From Penicillus capitatus (taxonomy: Eukaryota; Plantae; Chlorophyta), in NCBI GenBank assembly GCA_965649825.1, contig OZ287700.1:930001-994000 (forward strand): 64,000 bases of DNA. Direction: 5' to 3'. Shown here piece by piece: positions 51,101 through 64,000 of this stretch. Position numbers and translations under genes: made by a program. The notes under the pieces are model-generated. The model was given only the letters and a program-made list of their open reading frames with translations, was not told the origin of the DNA and did not search any database. Position 1 is the stretch's first letter. Every line of letters starts with the position of its first letter.

Positions 51101-52310
51101 TCGAAAGTATTGAACCCATCGCAATGGTTACGAAAAGGGAAGCTCAAATGATGCTCAAAATAACGTATACATGTATCCACAGACACACGCACTGACTGTA
51201 TTTAGGAACCAGCCGCGTATTTCGTCATGCAGCTGCGTCATTGCCATTTGATGCTTGATGACGTCTATCGAAATGTATCTCAAGATGGAATGAGCTCGGG
51301 CAAAAGACAAGACCAGCAACCCCATGACACGCGTCCGTCAGTTGAAGTCGCTTCTCAAGATACCCAAAACATCTTACAGCTCTGATTAAGCAGATGCAGA
51401 CGAAGAATCATCATCCTCACACACGTCGAAGGAAAACCACCCGACGTTACTCAGTTCAACAAACGCACCTGATTTGCCTCCATGTCTGCTATGAGTTAGA
51501 TGTTCACCTGAGGAAAGGACAATCTACGTTTCTGATCCAAGAGCTATATTTTCTGATATGACCGGATTCAGCGGTATACTGGAATCTGCCAGAGGCACTC
51601 TCCGGCAACAGAAGTCCAGAAAGACACGTCTTGGGATCATATCAGCACGTGATTGTATAATCTTTTCAAATCATGCCATCGATCCTACAAACAGAAATGA
51701 ATTCCTACGTTGTCGCGGTCAATACAGTCCAGCTCCTCCTGTAAGATGCACAAGCAAGAATCTCACAGTCTTGTAATCAAGTGAGATGCACGCGTTCGAG
51801 GCTTTCTAATATCACACTTTATCAAAACCATTCATTAGACGCATGAGGAATTTTGTGTTTCTGGGTCTCCATTGCTCTGTACGATCAAACAACACCTTTA
51901 ACGACGCAAAGGAGAAAGCGCAACGTCTGTCATGGAGCACTGCTGAACAGTGTGAGAAAGAATATGATTCATACAGCGTTCAACGATAACGGTGGAATCA
52001 ACTTTCGTGGCGGTCACATCAGAATAACAGAGGGCGTTAAACTGTCTCATGAGGATGTTTCGTGTGGCCCGTTCGACAAAGAGCTGACTGACGCTCGTCT
52101 GCGTGGCGTCTTCTTACATTCGTCGTTATTCTTTATCAAAAAGAAGTTGGTTGTGGTGGTTGAGTCACGTTGTAACGACCGTTCCGGCGCAGTAGGCATC
52201 AAAATACAAAGAACTGTTGCATTAACAAATGGAAAGACCGATACGAAGATAAACAACAGTAAGAGAGATCACCGCAAAAGACGAGGCTGTGTTATTGTGT
52301 CGCAGACTAA

Positions 52311-55300
52311 ATGAGCACAACAGATACGACAACGACGACGGAAGAACCGTCGGAATGGCACGGAACATACACAGTGAGCTTGAAAAGTGAAGATGTACTC
52401 CAACTCCGTGTGTTCGTTCGCAGTGGCGCATCGAGAACTTCTCACAGATCGACCCGCGAAAGCATTGCTCACCTGAATTTGATATCGGTACATACACTTG
52501 GTGGGTGACTCTTTGGTCGCAAATGCTTCGAGAGGATGCACTTAGGCGATTATTACTCTTTCCAAGGGGCGATAAGAGTGTGCACAAGAGAGACTTCGTG
52601 AGCGTCTATCTGGATTTCCTAGAAGCACCGTTCACTCCACGCCGGCTCTGTCCGAAAGCGCAATTCGAACTAGTGGCCGTCAATCAGAAACAAGAATCGA
52701 ATTCCATTAGACGCGGTTTGGGATCTCTTTCATTCCGAACTCTTACTCTTCCGTGTCTAGAGGACACTCATGTGTTTACGAGCCAAGAAAGGGATTGAGG
52801 TTTTGCTCAATTCCTGCTTCTGCGCGACACGCAGAATCCAAAAGCCGGTTTTGTGGTCAATGACACGCTAATCTTGATGGTCGACATTAAAGTGCAGAGT
52901 GACATGATTTTGGACAGACAGACGCGGAGACTGACTGGATTTGTGGGTCTAACAAGTACGAGAAACGACATCTACATGAACTCACTCCTTCAGTGCCTCT
53001 ATCACCTTCGCCGTTTAAGAAGAGTAAGAATTCGGGTACTTGATGTGACGGAACCAAAAATGGAATGATGAACGCTCTAGGCGGTCTATCGCATGCCAAC
53101 GCTGGAGGCGGATAAAAAAGTGTTAAGTGTTCCCTTTGCACTGCAGAAGATCTTCTACAATGTGCGTCAAGAAATGTGTGGTTAATCTGTGGAAGGCAGC
53201 TTTGCTGCTGTTTTCTGTTTAGCTGCAATACGAGAACTCGGTAGTCAACGCCACAGATGTGACAAAATCCCTAGGATGGGAAACGAAGAATGCTCTATTG
53301 CGGTGCGGCGTCCAAGAAATGCAAGTGATCTTGTTCCAGAAGCTGGAGGAGAAGATGAAGGTCAGACGCGCTCTGTGCTCAGTCGCATCAACTTACAGGT
53401 CTTTCCAGGGGACGGAGATGGAGACTGCCATCCCTGATCTCTTCGTCGGGCACTACTCAACCTATGTGGAGTGTCTAAATGTTCCATACACCTCATCACG
53501 CAGACAGTCGTACATAGAGATCGAGTTGGATGTGTCGGGGTGCAAGGACGTCTACGAATCCCTGGAGAGATTCTGCGCAGAGGAGATGCTGCAAGGGCCA
53601 TACAAGTACAATACAGGCAAACACGGACTCCAGGTCAGATCTCAACTCTTTGACTGCCACGCCTCTATCGAATTCTGTCTTGTCAGGATGCTCGATGCCA
53701 CGTACGGTTTGAAAGCTTCCCTCCTGTACTGCAGTTGCGTTTGAAGCAATTTGATTATGACTCTTTTCATAATCGCGTCGTCAAAGTATGCGACACTTGG
53801 TTTTGTTTTCTGCGTACATGATGGACCTGTGGCTCGTGCAGACCAATGGACGTTACGAGCTCTATGACGAATTGGACCTCGACTTAAATGATCGCGCTCT
53901 GCTTTCCGAAACCGCTGACAACGCAGTCGAAAACAAGTATCGACTGCACAGTGTGATCGTGCAGAATGGAGAGCCAAATCGAGGGCGTTACTCTGCCTTC
54001 ATAAGACCAAACAACAAATGGTACGAGTTCCACAATGGAGTCGTTGAAGAAGCAACCGAGAGCCAGGCGATTACCGCGCAATTCGGTCAAGCCACGTTCC
54101 TTTGTTGAAATTCTCTAGTTATGTAATGTGACTGCACAGGCAGCGATACAAGCACATCGCATCCAGCGAGACTCTTCGGGCAAATACCACAGTCCACTGC
54201 TTGCATGCTGGTGTACATTCGGATATCGGATTGGGATTGGGTTATGTGCGAGACTGACAAAGACGACATCGCAGAGCCCGTCCGCACAATGCTCGAAGTA
54301 CGACATGACTCGCGGTGGTGCTCGCCCGATGAAATGAGATACTGTCAGGCACGGCAGACAAAGAAGGAGAGGCTCTAGGAGAAGAAAAGAGAGGGGCATC
54401 TGTACGTCATGATCAAGTTGGCGTGCGAAAAGCACTTCGCTGAACAGTTGGGGGAGAGCTGTTGCTTTGGTCTGGTGGATTCTGACGGCGTCCAGCACTA
54501 CAGAGTGCACAAGAGGACGACGTTCGAAGAGTTCAAAGAGATGGTTAGCCGAGACTTTGGCATTGCCAAACACCTCCAGCGTTTCTGTTCATGGACCAAA
54601 CGTCAGAACAGGATCACGAGAATTGAAAAGCCTTTGGAGACGGGGTCCGGCGAGATCAAAACCGTCCTGGATCTCGCAGCCTTCAGAGATAGGATTCTTC
54701 CATCGGCCGCCGAGAAGACTGCCTTGATGACAGTCAAGCTCTTCCTGGAAACGCCGGACGTCGGCAACGTGCTGCGCTCCTTGCAGGAGACAGAATTTCT
54801 CATCTTCATCAAGCATTTTGATCTAAAACCCAAAAGACTCTCGTACGTCGGATGCTTCTATGTCGAGGGGACAACGGAGATTCAGAGAATTCTGGACAAA
54901 GCTAAGGAACTGGCAGGTATTCCGCAGAATGTGGATATCATCGGATTCAAAGAAAAGAAATCTTATCCCCACGTCACCTCTCCACATTTGCACCCTGATC
55001 ATACAGCATTGCAGGTGAGGTGCTCATCGTCTTCTACCTAATCTCACTTTTTCCAACGCAGTGTCAACTCGTCCAAGGTGACATCATCATTATCCAAGAA
55101 CGCGTCACCATGACACAGACGATCGAGCAGATCTGTCCCTATCCGACCGTTGAGTCATTTCTGGAGTTCGTTTGGAATCGAAAAGTGGTGCATTTCAGAC
55201 CGCTCAAGAATCCGAAGGTCCTCTCTTTGTCTCGCATGTCACATCATGTCACAATATCTATAGGATGACGGCTTCGAGTTGGATCTGCTGAAGACGATGA

Positions 55301-55311
55301 GCTACGAGCAG
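52311..55311 (+). pseudogene. USP7/UBP12-like copy 4; nonsense codon in MATH and 3' end deleted
   Basis: D*GF (TGA at 52796-52798) where copy 3 has SWGF. Coding homology stops after ...MSYEQ at 55311 and jumps to 3'-flank sequence. Confidence 0.9.
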
Positions 55312-58300
55312 ATGAACGATCACCTGTCCTCCCCTGAATAGAAAGGATGGATGCGTTTCGCAGAATGGTTCATTTCCGAGTTGGAACAATCACCTCATGC
55401 ATTTCCTCTACAAGTCGACCGTCATTGACGAAAAGATGTCGATCGGTTATCTGAGAGTGAAGAACCGCTGATCTGGTCAAACGATCGACAGACTGACTAT
55501 GCCACACGATTCGCAAGATCATGACCATACAAGAATGCAGAATGGCATCAATCCAGAGGCAGCTCGATAAATTCTCGTCTGCTTTGGTCTACGATGATCG
55601 TCAGTCGGTGTTCTTCAGGGATTCCAAGTCTCCTTCTACACGAGTTTTTTGGTTGTATACATGGACACAGTAGATCCTTCATGATTTCGATTCGCCCTTA
55701 GCACGCCGCCTTAGGTTTTGCATTTCCTTTGGTTTTGCAGGATTCTACTGCATGGACCCATGGAATCCATCATTCTACTGCCTCGGGATAGGCACCAAAC
55801 TCACAAAGGTCGAAAATCCAGTAGAATCTCAGAAAAGGCTGAAGATCGACAAGATGTTTACAAAAACAAAGAGTGATGCGATTCTCTGCTCAGTGACTAA
55901 CAGAAGACACGCTGATAAGAGAATCGAATTCAAGAAACAGGCTGTTTGCTCATTACATGTGCTTGTATCTTTTTTGAATCCGTTTCAGAGAGGTCGGCCA
56001 GAATTATCTGCGAATGAGTAAGGAATGATGTTGGTCTGCGTGTCCACCTCTTCGGGCGTCGTCGTTTCTAACAGACTCCACTGCTTACGATGGGTGAATA
56101 GAAATAGGAGGTGGGTATATATCCGATCAGTCGGCAATCGTTATTTCCGTTCAAATCAAATGCCATACAGGGAATGGATCCACCCGCTACGCAAATAACG
56201 TTGTCAAAGACCCCTAAGTCATAAAATCTTGCCTGAACAGCACATGGTTGCACATTGCTCTATCGTGGACGCCTTACGCGACGCATAGCTGTATGCAATC
56301 CACATCCGACCTGGGAAGAACCCTGCGAGAACGCTTGAGCGAATTTGAGCATTTGACATAGCTGATACGAATGTTGACGGGGATATGATTCGCAAGTGGT
56401 TCGCTGAAAACGTTTCCGTGTCCATAGACAACACTTTCTTGCGCCGGACGGTAGGCAACGACCTGTCAAGAAATGAGAAAACGGTAGGGGCCATCATCGA
56501 CAGAGAACATGATGTCACCGAATGGAGGCAGAGAAGAGTGACAACGGCAAAGGCAATTGCATTTAAGGACATGGTCGCCTTGAGCGTCGGAGAGACCAGG
56601 AAGAGGCAGAAACTCGGCCTGAAAAAAGGCGACGCGTCGGAGACGCTGGAAGGATATGGCGTGATGTGACGTTCGTCAGCGTGCTTGGCGTTTGGGCTGA
56701 AAGTGCCTTCACCGGTTTGTGATGTCTTACCCTTTACCGTCAGCGAATCTCCCCGTGAAACGCTCATTCGAGATGGACCTCGTGCGATGCGGGACGAATT
56801 CGAAACCGAGACGCTGTCTGGGCGCGCAATCGCCGAAGTAGCTCATCTGCTGCAGAAACTGAAGAGCATCATAACCCGCTCTAAGGGGTATCAGAGCCGC
56901 CACTTCCGTCTGATCGAGTTCCAGGTTCTGGTCTCATCGTGCCGAATAAGTGACAGAAGGTTGCAGTTCTCGGAGCACCCACTCACGGGTTTTCTCGGCG
57001 AGGCTGGGAATGCCACTTACTGTGAGGGCCAGAGCGAGTGCTGCGCGAGCATAGGGGTTGAAGTCCAGGAGAAGCAGATTCACTGTTTAAACTCATCAGA
57101 AGGGTAAAGCTGGCAGCTAATCGAGAGAGGGGCAGTCCTACTTCTCTTTGATTTGTCCATCTCTTGAATTAACAGTCGAGGCGTCAGGTTAGCGGGATCA
57201 TTCCGTCACATATTATGGGCTGCATGCATCTTTACACTCTTCTTGCGAGAGCAGGCCCACATTCGTATAGGAGGGTACTCTCTGGTCAACAATCACATCG
57301 CAGATTTCGAAACAAGCTACGGACTCAAAATCTATTTCCAAAGTATCTGACGTATGACACTCGTGGTGTTGTCTGACACTACACTGTAGGCATCGATTGG
57401 GTTTGGAACAACAGAGTGACGGATTGTTTACTCAGAACGTTGCCTTTGCTTACCGCATCGAGGTTCTCGGCGACGTGTCTGCCAAAGAAACAACGTTTCT
57501 CTTTGCTGGTGCCGAACGGGCAGTCTACTTGGTCGCGATGCGTTGTCCAGTGCCGTCTTGAAGTTCTTTGTCGACTGAAGCTCCAAGGCAGGACTGTTGC
57601 TTTAAGTGCCAGAGCTCGTTGTGAAGATAGGTTGAACCGTGTTCAAGGAGCGCTCACGTCCGTCGGGGTCTGGAAAGGAAACGATCTTCTTGTAACTAAA
57701 AGGTCACAGGGCTATTCTACCCAGCAGTTCGTTCTCGTATCTGATCGCCGCTGGTCGTGTAGATTTCTCTAAGATAAAGCGTAGACTCCTGCTCAAAGAG
57801 TTCTTGGTGCAATCCAAGTCTTGTCCCGACCACGCCTAATGATCTTTTCATGATCAATGGTGAAGGGAGTACTGCTCAGAACGTCTGTCTCGTTGATGTG
57901 TTTCATTCTGAACGGATGAATTGTGGATTGAAGTCATGTCTGCTGAGTTGATTGACTGCATCCACTTACTCCCCGAACAGAAATCGTTTACAGAGACGAA
58001 GGACTGTAAGAAGTTGAAACGGGTTCGCAGAGAAAGATCGAATCTCAAGAAACAAGGATCGAACGGCATGAAATCTTTGCGACTGGCTGTCTGGCAACCC
58101 ATCCGCCTGATGACCAGCAGCTTGAAATTCCTTCAGCGAAACTGAGCCTGTTGAAAATGTGCAGAAGTTAAGAGCCCCAGTGAGAACCACTAACTGAGGC
58201 ACGACCTTCACACTTGGATTTGTCTTGACACCGGAAGGAATAGATCTCCACTTGCTTTTTTGCATCGACATCGATCTAGAACTGTGTCAGTTACTGTCTG

Positions 58301-60643
58301 CAGCACAGCTGTAAAGTGAGACAGTTGTAAAGTTCTCGAATAGCACTTTGGATAATCAAAGGGGTTATTACACGGAGATGGACGATCGCACAAACTGTCA
58401 CTCTTCGCCACACATCACGAGCGTTCGACATTACGCAGATGGGTGATTCGATTGTCCTCTTTGTTCCACCTATCTACCGTCCAGCTCTGCTTGCCCATTG
58501 TCACGAAGTGCATCCTTGCAACCCGCTGGCATTTCAGCATCCAATCACTCACGGCGTCTCACACTTTCGTTTTCAGTGTCGGATCAGCCACAGAGAAGGC
58601 AAGAGTGTTAGAGGGAAACTCAGCGACCTTCGCTGGCGTCAAGGTCACACTTTTTTCATGGATGTCAATCCTCCGTCAATCGACAAACAGGTACGAATAC
58701 AGTCCAAGCTTCATGAATAAACGGAAACGGACAGAACTCAGCTTCTAGAAAGGTTCCGTACAGGTTAGGGTCTACCGTCCGAAAGGGCAACGAATACCTT
58801 TTGCTGGGCTTCGATGTCGGACCAAAGCACTCCGTCCCCCGGTGAAAGCAGTCCTCCGAGTCGCTGAAACGTCCACGTCTCCTTGAGTATGAAGTCGACG
58901 GTCGCGCTGCGTGTCTTAAGGTGTAACTCATGTTCATCGTGGCCCTTGTCGTACGGGAACGAGGGACAAAATATATCAACGGTCTCTGGAATTCACGGTT
59001 CCATATACCGATTCCGTACGCTTTGCCGTCAACGACCTCTGAAGAGGTGGTGGCTGACCCATTCCAGTGACTCCAATAAATCGCGCTCGCCGCTTTGGAG
59101 GAATCGAAGGAGCCATTCCGTTATCCCGTTTCTTGGTCTCCTCGCATGACCTCTCTCCATCCAGTTCTGACAGCCGTTCGAAGTTCTTTTGTTACCATGC
59201 GAATAGCGTGCCGTCTTTAGTGGATAAAGCCGCATCACTCTTCTCATGACACTTAACACCTTCAAGCCTCTGTGGCTACCGAAACTGTCACCTTTCTTAG
59301 AAATGGCAAAGTTTTCGTCCCCGGATGGATGAAGGAATATATCATGGTATCTCAGCAGATGCACCACATCCAGCAGGAAAACGCAGTGGTTGTTTAAGGC
59401 AGCATCCATTCTCTGTGAGACAGCAACACGTATGGATGAAGGAATCGTTGTCTCGAAATGCAGATCGACGAGGAAATCTGAAATGCGATGCTTCGTTATC
59501 CTCAGTTTCCTAAGAATTGCACATCGAGACGATTTCTCTTCATGTGTGCATCCATCACTGATCGATGTTCGAGAAGCTCTGCACTTTATCCAGTGAGGAA
59601 GTGGCACTAGTATGAGACCACCCTCTAAACAAATGTATCCTGAAATATCACACGCGTGACACAGATGAACATCAATGTCCTGTAAGATCTATTACATTCA
59701 CACTTACAATCCTCGTCTTTCTCCTTCGCAGCTACCGTGTCGAAATGAAGGCAGGTGTCAGCCGCAACGATTCATTTAGGGGATATCAACATTGCCATGC
59801 CACTTTCTTATTAAAGTGTTCTACTACAGCTTAACTCTTCTAGGACGTTAGATCTCGGATAAAAGGATGCTCGGAGGTAATACATCTATTTGCCGAGATC
59901 GCTGCGCGATGCTGAAACACAGACTTCATCGGGCAAACACCACGCCATCGACCCGAACCTTGAATGACAGAACACTGATCTGTAAACGATTACTCTCGCA
60001 CATCTTCTATCGTGTACCGCGCACACGTCCGAGCAGCATGCCACGTTCCAAATCACTTCTGGAATCATCCGCAGTCCCGAGAACACACAGGCACCTTAGA
60101 CGCCCAGAATCTGCCTCACAAAGATGGATACTTCACGGTTTTCATGCCCTTCACGGCAGACTTCTCTCGGCCAGGAAAGCGGAACTTCCGGCCTCTGCGA
60201 TGACGAGTGCGGCGCATGCCTTGCCGGTGCTGTCGTTGACACCCCCTAGTCGCCAAGGCATCTTCGGAATTCTCCTCCGGACTCCGAACTGTCAGCCGAT
60301 TCCTCTCTCTGGCGGCGGCATGCTCATCAAGGGCGACTCAGAGATGCGAACCTCGCAAGAGAGTTCTGCGGCCCGGATGCAAAACGCCACTTACTCTCCG
60401 CAGACGTTCGTCTGGATGCGCAGACGACGTCAGCAGGACTGCTCCGTGTCGTGACGATTCGGCACACGGTTCCCCTGATCTGTTGGCCGATGCGTCCGTC
60501 ATGCAACCGGTCAGAGACCCCATCCCAGGCATCTCCTGACCGTTTAACTGCAACCGAGGCGGCCTCCAGTCGATCTGCCCATTGCGTTTATTCGCGTTCC
60601 CGTTTCCAGGTTCTCGTTTCCTTCAGCGACCAAGTTCAGGAAG

Positions 60644-61456
60644 ATGGATTCCCGCTCCAACAACCAAGGCGGCGCTAACCCATGGGACAAGTAAGTCATT
60701 CTCCTCGTTGCCGCCGCCGACGCAACGCGCCACTGCGGTCTCTCAGCCGCGCGTCGCTTTTCCGTGTTCCCGCGCGTTCTGTGCGAGTCGCTGGCCGTTC
60801 TGGCCGTCGCATGCACGGAAACGGGGCCGCCTTTCCTGTCGTTCTGCATGCGACATCTCGTTCCATGGGTCGTTGCCTGCGGCCGCCGCCTCATCTGTCA
60901 ACGCTTACTGACTGTTTTGTGTTGTGTGCTTCTTCGAAACAGGTTTAGCGAAGCCCTAAACACGTTTTACGGCTTCAGACATATGTCTCCGGCCGAAAAA
61001 GAAGCTTTCTACCGGGGCCTCAGAGCAAAGACGCCCGCTCAGATGGCGGCGAGGGAAGAGGAGACACGTGCCCGGTTTGGCCAGCCTGCAGATCAGACCG
61101 GGCATCCATCCGCTAGCAGGCGCCCTCGCCGCCTTTCTGCACAAGAAAGGAGCGAACGACTGACCGCAAGGCAGTCTGAAGTTTCAAATCACGGCTTCGA
61201 GGTAAGACATCCATCCGTTGTTAATCTCCCTCTAAGACTTGTATTGTTTTCACAGGCTACTTCACTGCCGCCATTTGCACCGCAGCCACCGCCACGAGCT
61301 GCCACATGCGGGTTCTCCGAACCCACGTGCGACGACGACGCCATGGACTGGGAGGAAACTCCTAGTCCATGTTCGCGGACGTCAACATCAGGGTATGCTG
61401 GATCGGATACCCTGATGTACTGCAACACTTTAAATTTCGTAAGTTCTGCATTTTAG
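60644..61456 (+). CDS. Three-exon orphan gene, about 168 aa (right-arm copy)
   Basis: Exons 60644-60690, 60943-61201 and 61256-61456 total 507 nt in frame. Introns GTAAGT...TACTGAC...CAG (252 nt) and GTAAGA...CAG (54 nt). Protein begins MDSRSNNQGGANPWDKFSEALNTFYGFRHMSPAEKEAFYRGLRAKTP. Confidence 0.65.
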
Positions 61457-61564
61457 TTTTGTTTTTCTTCTTCTAACTCTTTCGTCTCTGTATGTAGTTC
61501 GTAGGGTGGGAAATTCCGCCAGTTAACGCGCCCTCATCGCCTTTGTTTTACTAGTGTTTTCTTT

Positions 61565-61820
61565 GTAGTCACAAAAAATAAAAAATCACAAATCTCACAC
61601 TTTTTAAAGTGTGATGAATAGAATAAATAATCTGTTCTGAAAAAAAATAAAAAAACAAAAATTCAAAAAAAAAACAAAAATTACAAATCTCACACATTTA
61701 AAAGTGTGATGAATAGAACCAGTAATCTGTTCTGAAAAAAAATAAAAAATAAAAAAAAATCAAAAAAATATAAATCCCACACATTTGAAAGTGTGATGAA
61801 TAGAACCAGTAATCTGTGTT
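61565..61820. repeat. Mirror copy of the hairpin/poly-A triple repeat
   Basis: AAATC(T/C)CACAC..AAAGTGTGATGAATAGAA x3, separated by A-tracts. Confidence 0.9.
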
Positions 61821-63064
61821 TTGACAATGTGCTGGTTTCTGCCAACTGTTTTGCTTTTTCTGCTGTTTTTGACAAGTCTGGAAAGTCATTGTCGATCTGA
61901 TTGTTTGTATAGTTCCGTCATCTCTGACATTTTTCGGGCTGAGGGCTTGTTTCTGGTGGCTTTTTCTATGGAATCTAGTTTGATCTGCAAGTTTCTATGT
62001 GGCGTGTGGCGGCTGGTGTCTGTGTCTTTGGTTTCTGATGTTGTTCTTCATGTGTTGCATCCTTGTTCTGGGAAGGATGGATGGATTTTGAAATGCAATC
62101 AACGATTGCGGCGACAGTGGTTGGTGAGACGCCTGGATTTGCCGGAAAGGCTGGTTGTTGTTTGGATCGTTCATGGAAGCAATGAATGCAGCGGGTTCAG
62201 GATCTGAGAGGAAGTGGCAGTCAGTCGTATTCGATCATTCCTGGAAGCGAGGCTTGTGTGATGTCCGGTTCTTGTGATGGGGAGGAAGATGTGCTGGATC
62301 GGACTCAGAGTAGGTAGAGGACACCGAGATGTACGGTACCACTGGTTTGGTGGCTGTCATACTGGATGGCTCGGAGCGGAGGATGAGGCGGAGCTGGATC
62401 TGTGATGTGGCGGACAACGTGCTGGACTGTTGAGTCGGTAGTGGACAGCGAGGTGTCCGGATTCGTGTGAGGTGGATGGAGTGCTGGATTGGTATCTTTT
62501 CCTGGTGCAGAGGGCGAGGAGGTATCTTTCTGGTCTGCGAGGAGGTGGATTGATTGATGGACTGGTTTTCTGGAACATGAGGCGACATGCCAGATTCGCT
62601 TACAGAGCACACACTACGACGCAGAAGAATTGTTGCAGTACTCGTTGATGAAATGAAAGCCAGCTTGACCGACGCAATGAGCAACAACAAGGTACAGAAA
62701 GATGTATGCTTCTTTGCTCGTACCACATCTGCGTTTCAGAACAGACTACATGAAGAAGGCAGAGCATGTCGATCCGGTCACACCGGATCCTGTGGACAGG
62801 TGGACTGAGTGATGGCCTGGTCCTTGGAGCAGAGGATGAAGTGGCTGGTGATCTGCAAGAAGTGGATTGTGTGTTGGATATGCCCATGCCCCAGAGCAGA
62901 GGATGAAATCCTCTGTTATCTCCGACCGGGTAGATGAGGCAAGAATGAGCTTGACAGTCGTCATGTGCATCGGTAAGGTACAGCCGTACTTCCAACGCTG
63001 TCTAATGCCTGCATTTCAAGGACAGCTACTAAGAGGAGATCGAAGCATGTTCATCCACTCCGAT

Positions 63065-64000
63065 GAGGTGATTTCATGGAATGTTCAGTAAAACAGCATC
63101 GCTATCTGACACGGTAAGGAGACACCCAGACGCAGTGAATACGTGACAGTGACAGCGATTTTTGTGCTGGAAGACTCGACTGCTGGCAGAGAGATCTGCT
63201 GAAGAAAAAAGACGCATCTCTGATGTACCGGACAAGAGATGCAGCTCGACTATCCGTTCTGCAAGGCTTATTGGCATCCTTTTTGATATTTCCTATCCGT
63301 CAGAGAATGTGTAAGGTCCCCGGAGCACGCCTTTCACTATGACATATCATGCTGAGAGCGTTCTTTTCTGCAGGAGGACTTTGTGAAGCGAGCCTGCAGC
63401 ACATACCGCAGTTTCCATCCTGTTGGACCCATTTGAACCAGTCCCGAACTTCAGTTGGATTGTGGATTCATCTTCGACATATGAGCATGTCCTTGACCAA
63501 ACGGCCCTTCGACATGAACAACAATGTAGAATCAACTCCCTCGAAATCCAAACTCGAATGGTAACCTGCAGGCTCCTGGTCTCCTATAGAATCGATGTGG
63601 GAGGCATGGCATTCTAGATGAGTGATTCTGAAGAAGGGAGGAATCATCCACAGCAGTCTGGCTGCATCTAGAAAGGATCTCTGGTCGAAAGTATTGTCAG
63701 AATCATGTCCTTTCCTGGAGATTCAGTCCATCTACTCATACGATGGTGGATTTGCAAACATGCGGTGATCATGACGGCAGAAGAGATGCAACGGAACAGA
63801 AACTCTGGATTCGACGACATCGTTGGGTCTTGATCATCACAGACCTTGACAGACAAGAAACCTGAACAATGACATCGAGTGGCAACATCCTCTATGTTGG
63901 AGAGGGAGAGATCTGGAACAGAATAATGAGAATGCTTGCATGACAGCAGTATCAGACAATGATGCATTCGTCAGTTGTTATTGGCTCTGAAGAAGACAGG
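63065..64000 (+). mobile_element. Mirror copy of the 5' (APE) part of the decayed LINE-like ORF2
   Basis: EVISWNVQ* at 63065-63091, then IFVLED and IGILF; reverse complement of about 27139-28075. Confidence 0.4.

Larger units (their letters stand above)
55312..64000. repeat. Right arm (outer part) of the inverted duplication; runs off the window end
   Basis: Reverse complement of 27139-35850 with scattered substitutions and small indels. Confidence 0.97.

Noticed and set aside
52796-52798. TGA reassigned to Trp (TGA at Trp positions in copy 4 and in the 32.1/58.9 kb pseudogenes)
   Set aside because: Those loci have other lesions, TGG-to-TGA is a single transition, conserved Trp residues in intact genes use TGG, and TGA ends several intact ORFs (both LINE ORFs, the hydrolase).
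56219-58411. Numerous 60-180 aa ORFs in both arms (also 32700-35100) as genes
   Set aside because: They differ by frameshifts and stops between the arms, have no recognisable domains and no consistent splice model.
63115-63156. 42-nt GTAAGG...GACAG intron in the decayed APE region
   Set aside because: Removing it makes the WNV-to-LE spacing too short for an APE domain. This shows splice-like signals arise by chance here.
27139-64000. Inverted arms as terminal repeats of a giant transposon or endogenous virus (Polinton/Starship-like)
   Set aside because: No DNA polymerase, capsid, integrase or tyrosine recombinase was seen, and the arms are continuous with intron-containing USP7-like paralogues.

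Overview
Eukaryotic nuclear DNA from a compact, intron-rich genome (most introns about 45-55 nt, GT-AG). It is probably a flagellated green alga: BBS9, plastid-type genes and a plant-like UBP12/USP7 point that way, but this is inference. Region 6-16 kb is ordinary host DNA: SNAPC1, an unknown plastid-targeted membrane protein, an alpha/beta hydrolase, an ABCG transporter and BBS9. The rest is a rearranged, repeat-rich region built around four paralogues of a MATH-USP-UBL (USP7/UBP12-like) gene. All three copies that contain the USP domain lack the catalytic Cys and His. All three copies that contain the 3' end stop just before the IKI activation tail. The copies also show patchwork similarity consistent with gene conversion. 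Two copies sit in an interrupted inverted duplication (about 27.1-41 kb versus about 52-64 kb). Its spacer holds a full-length LINE with a 14-bp target-site duplication (TSD) and an ankyrin/TRP-channel gene. The arms carry an intact spliced orphan gene, hairpin/poly-T repeats and a decayed APE-RT element with intron-like interruptions. Left of the left arm lie two 0.55-0.6 kb GT-AG-bounded inserts with covarying terminal stems. An intronless HEAT-repeat fragment is fused back-to-back to USP7 copy 2 at a microhomology. Exon structures and motif calls were made by eye; no database searches were run.
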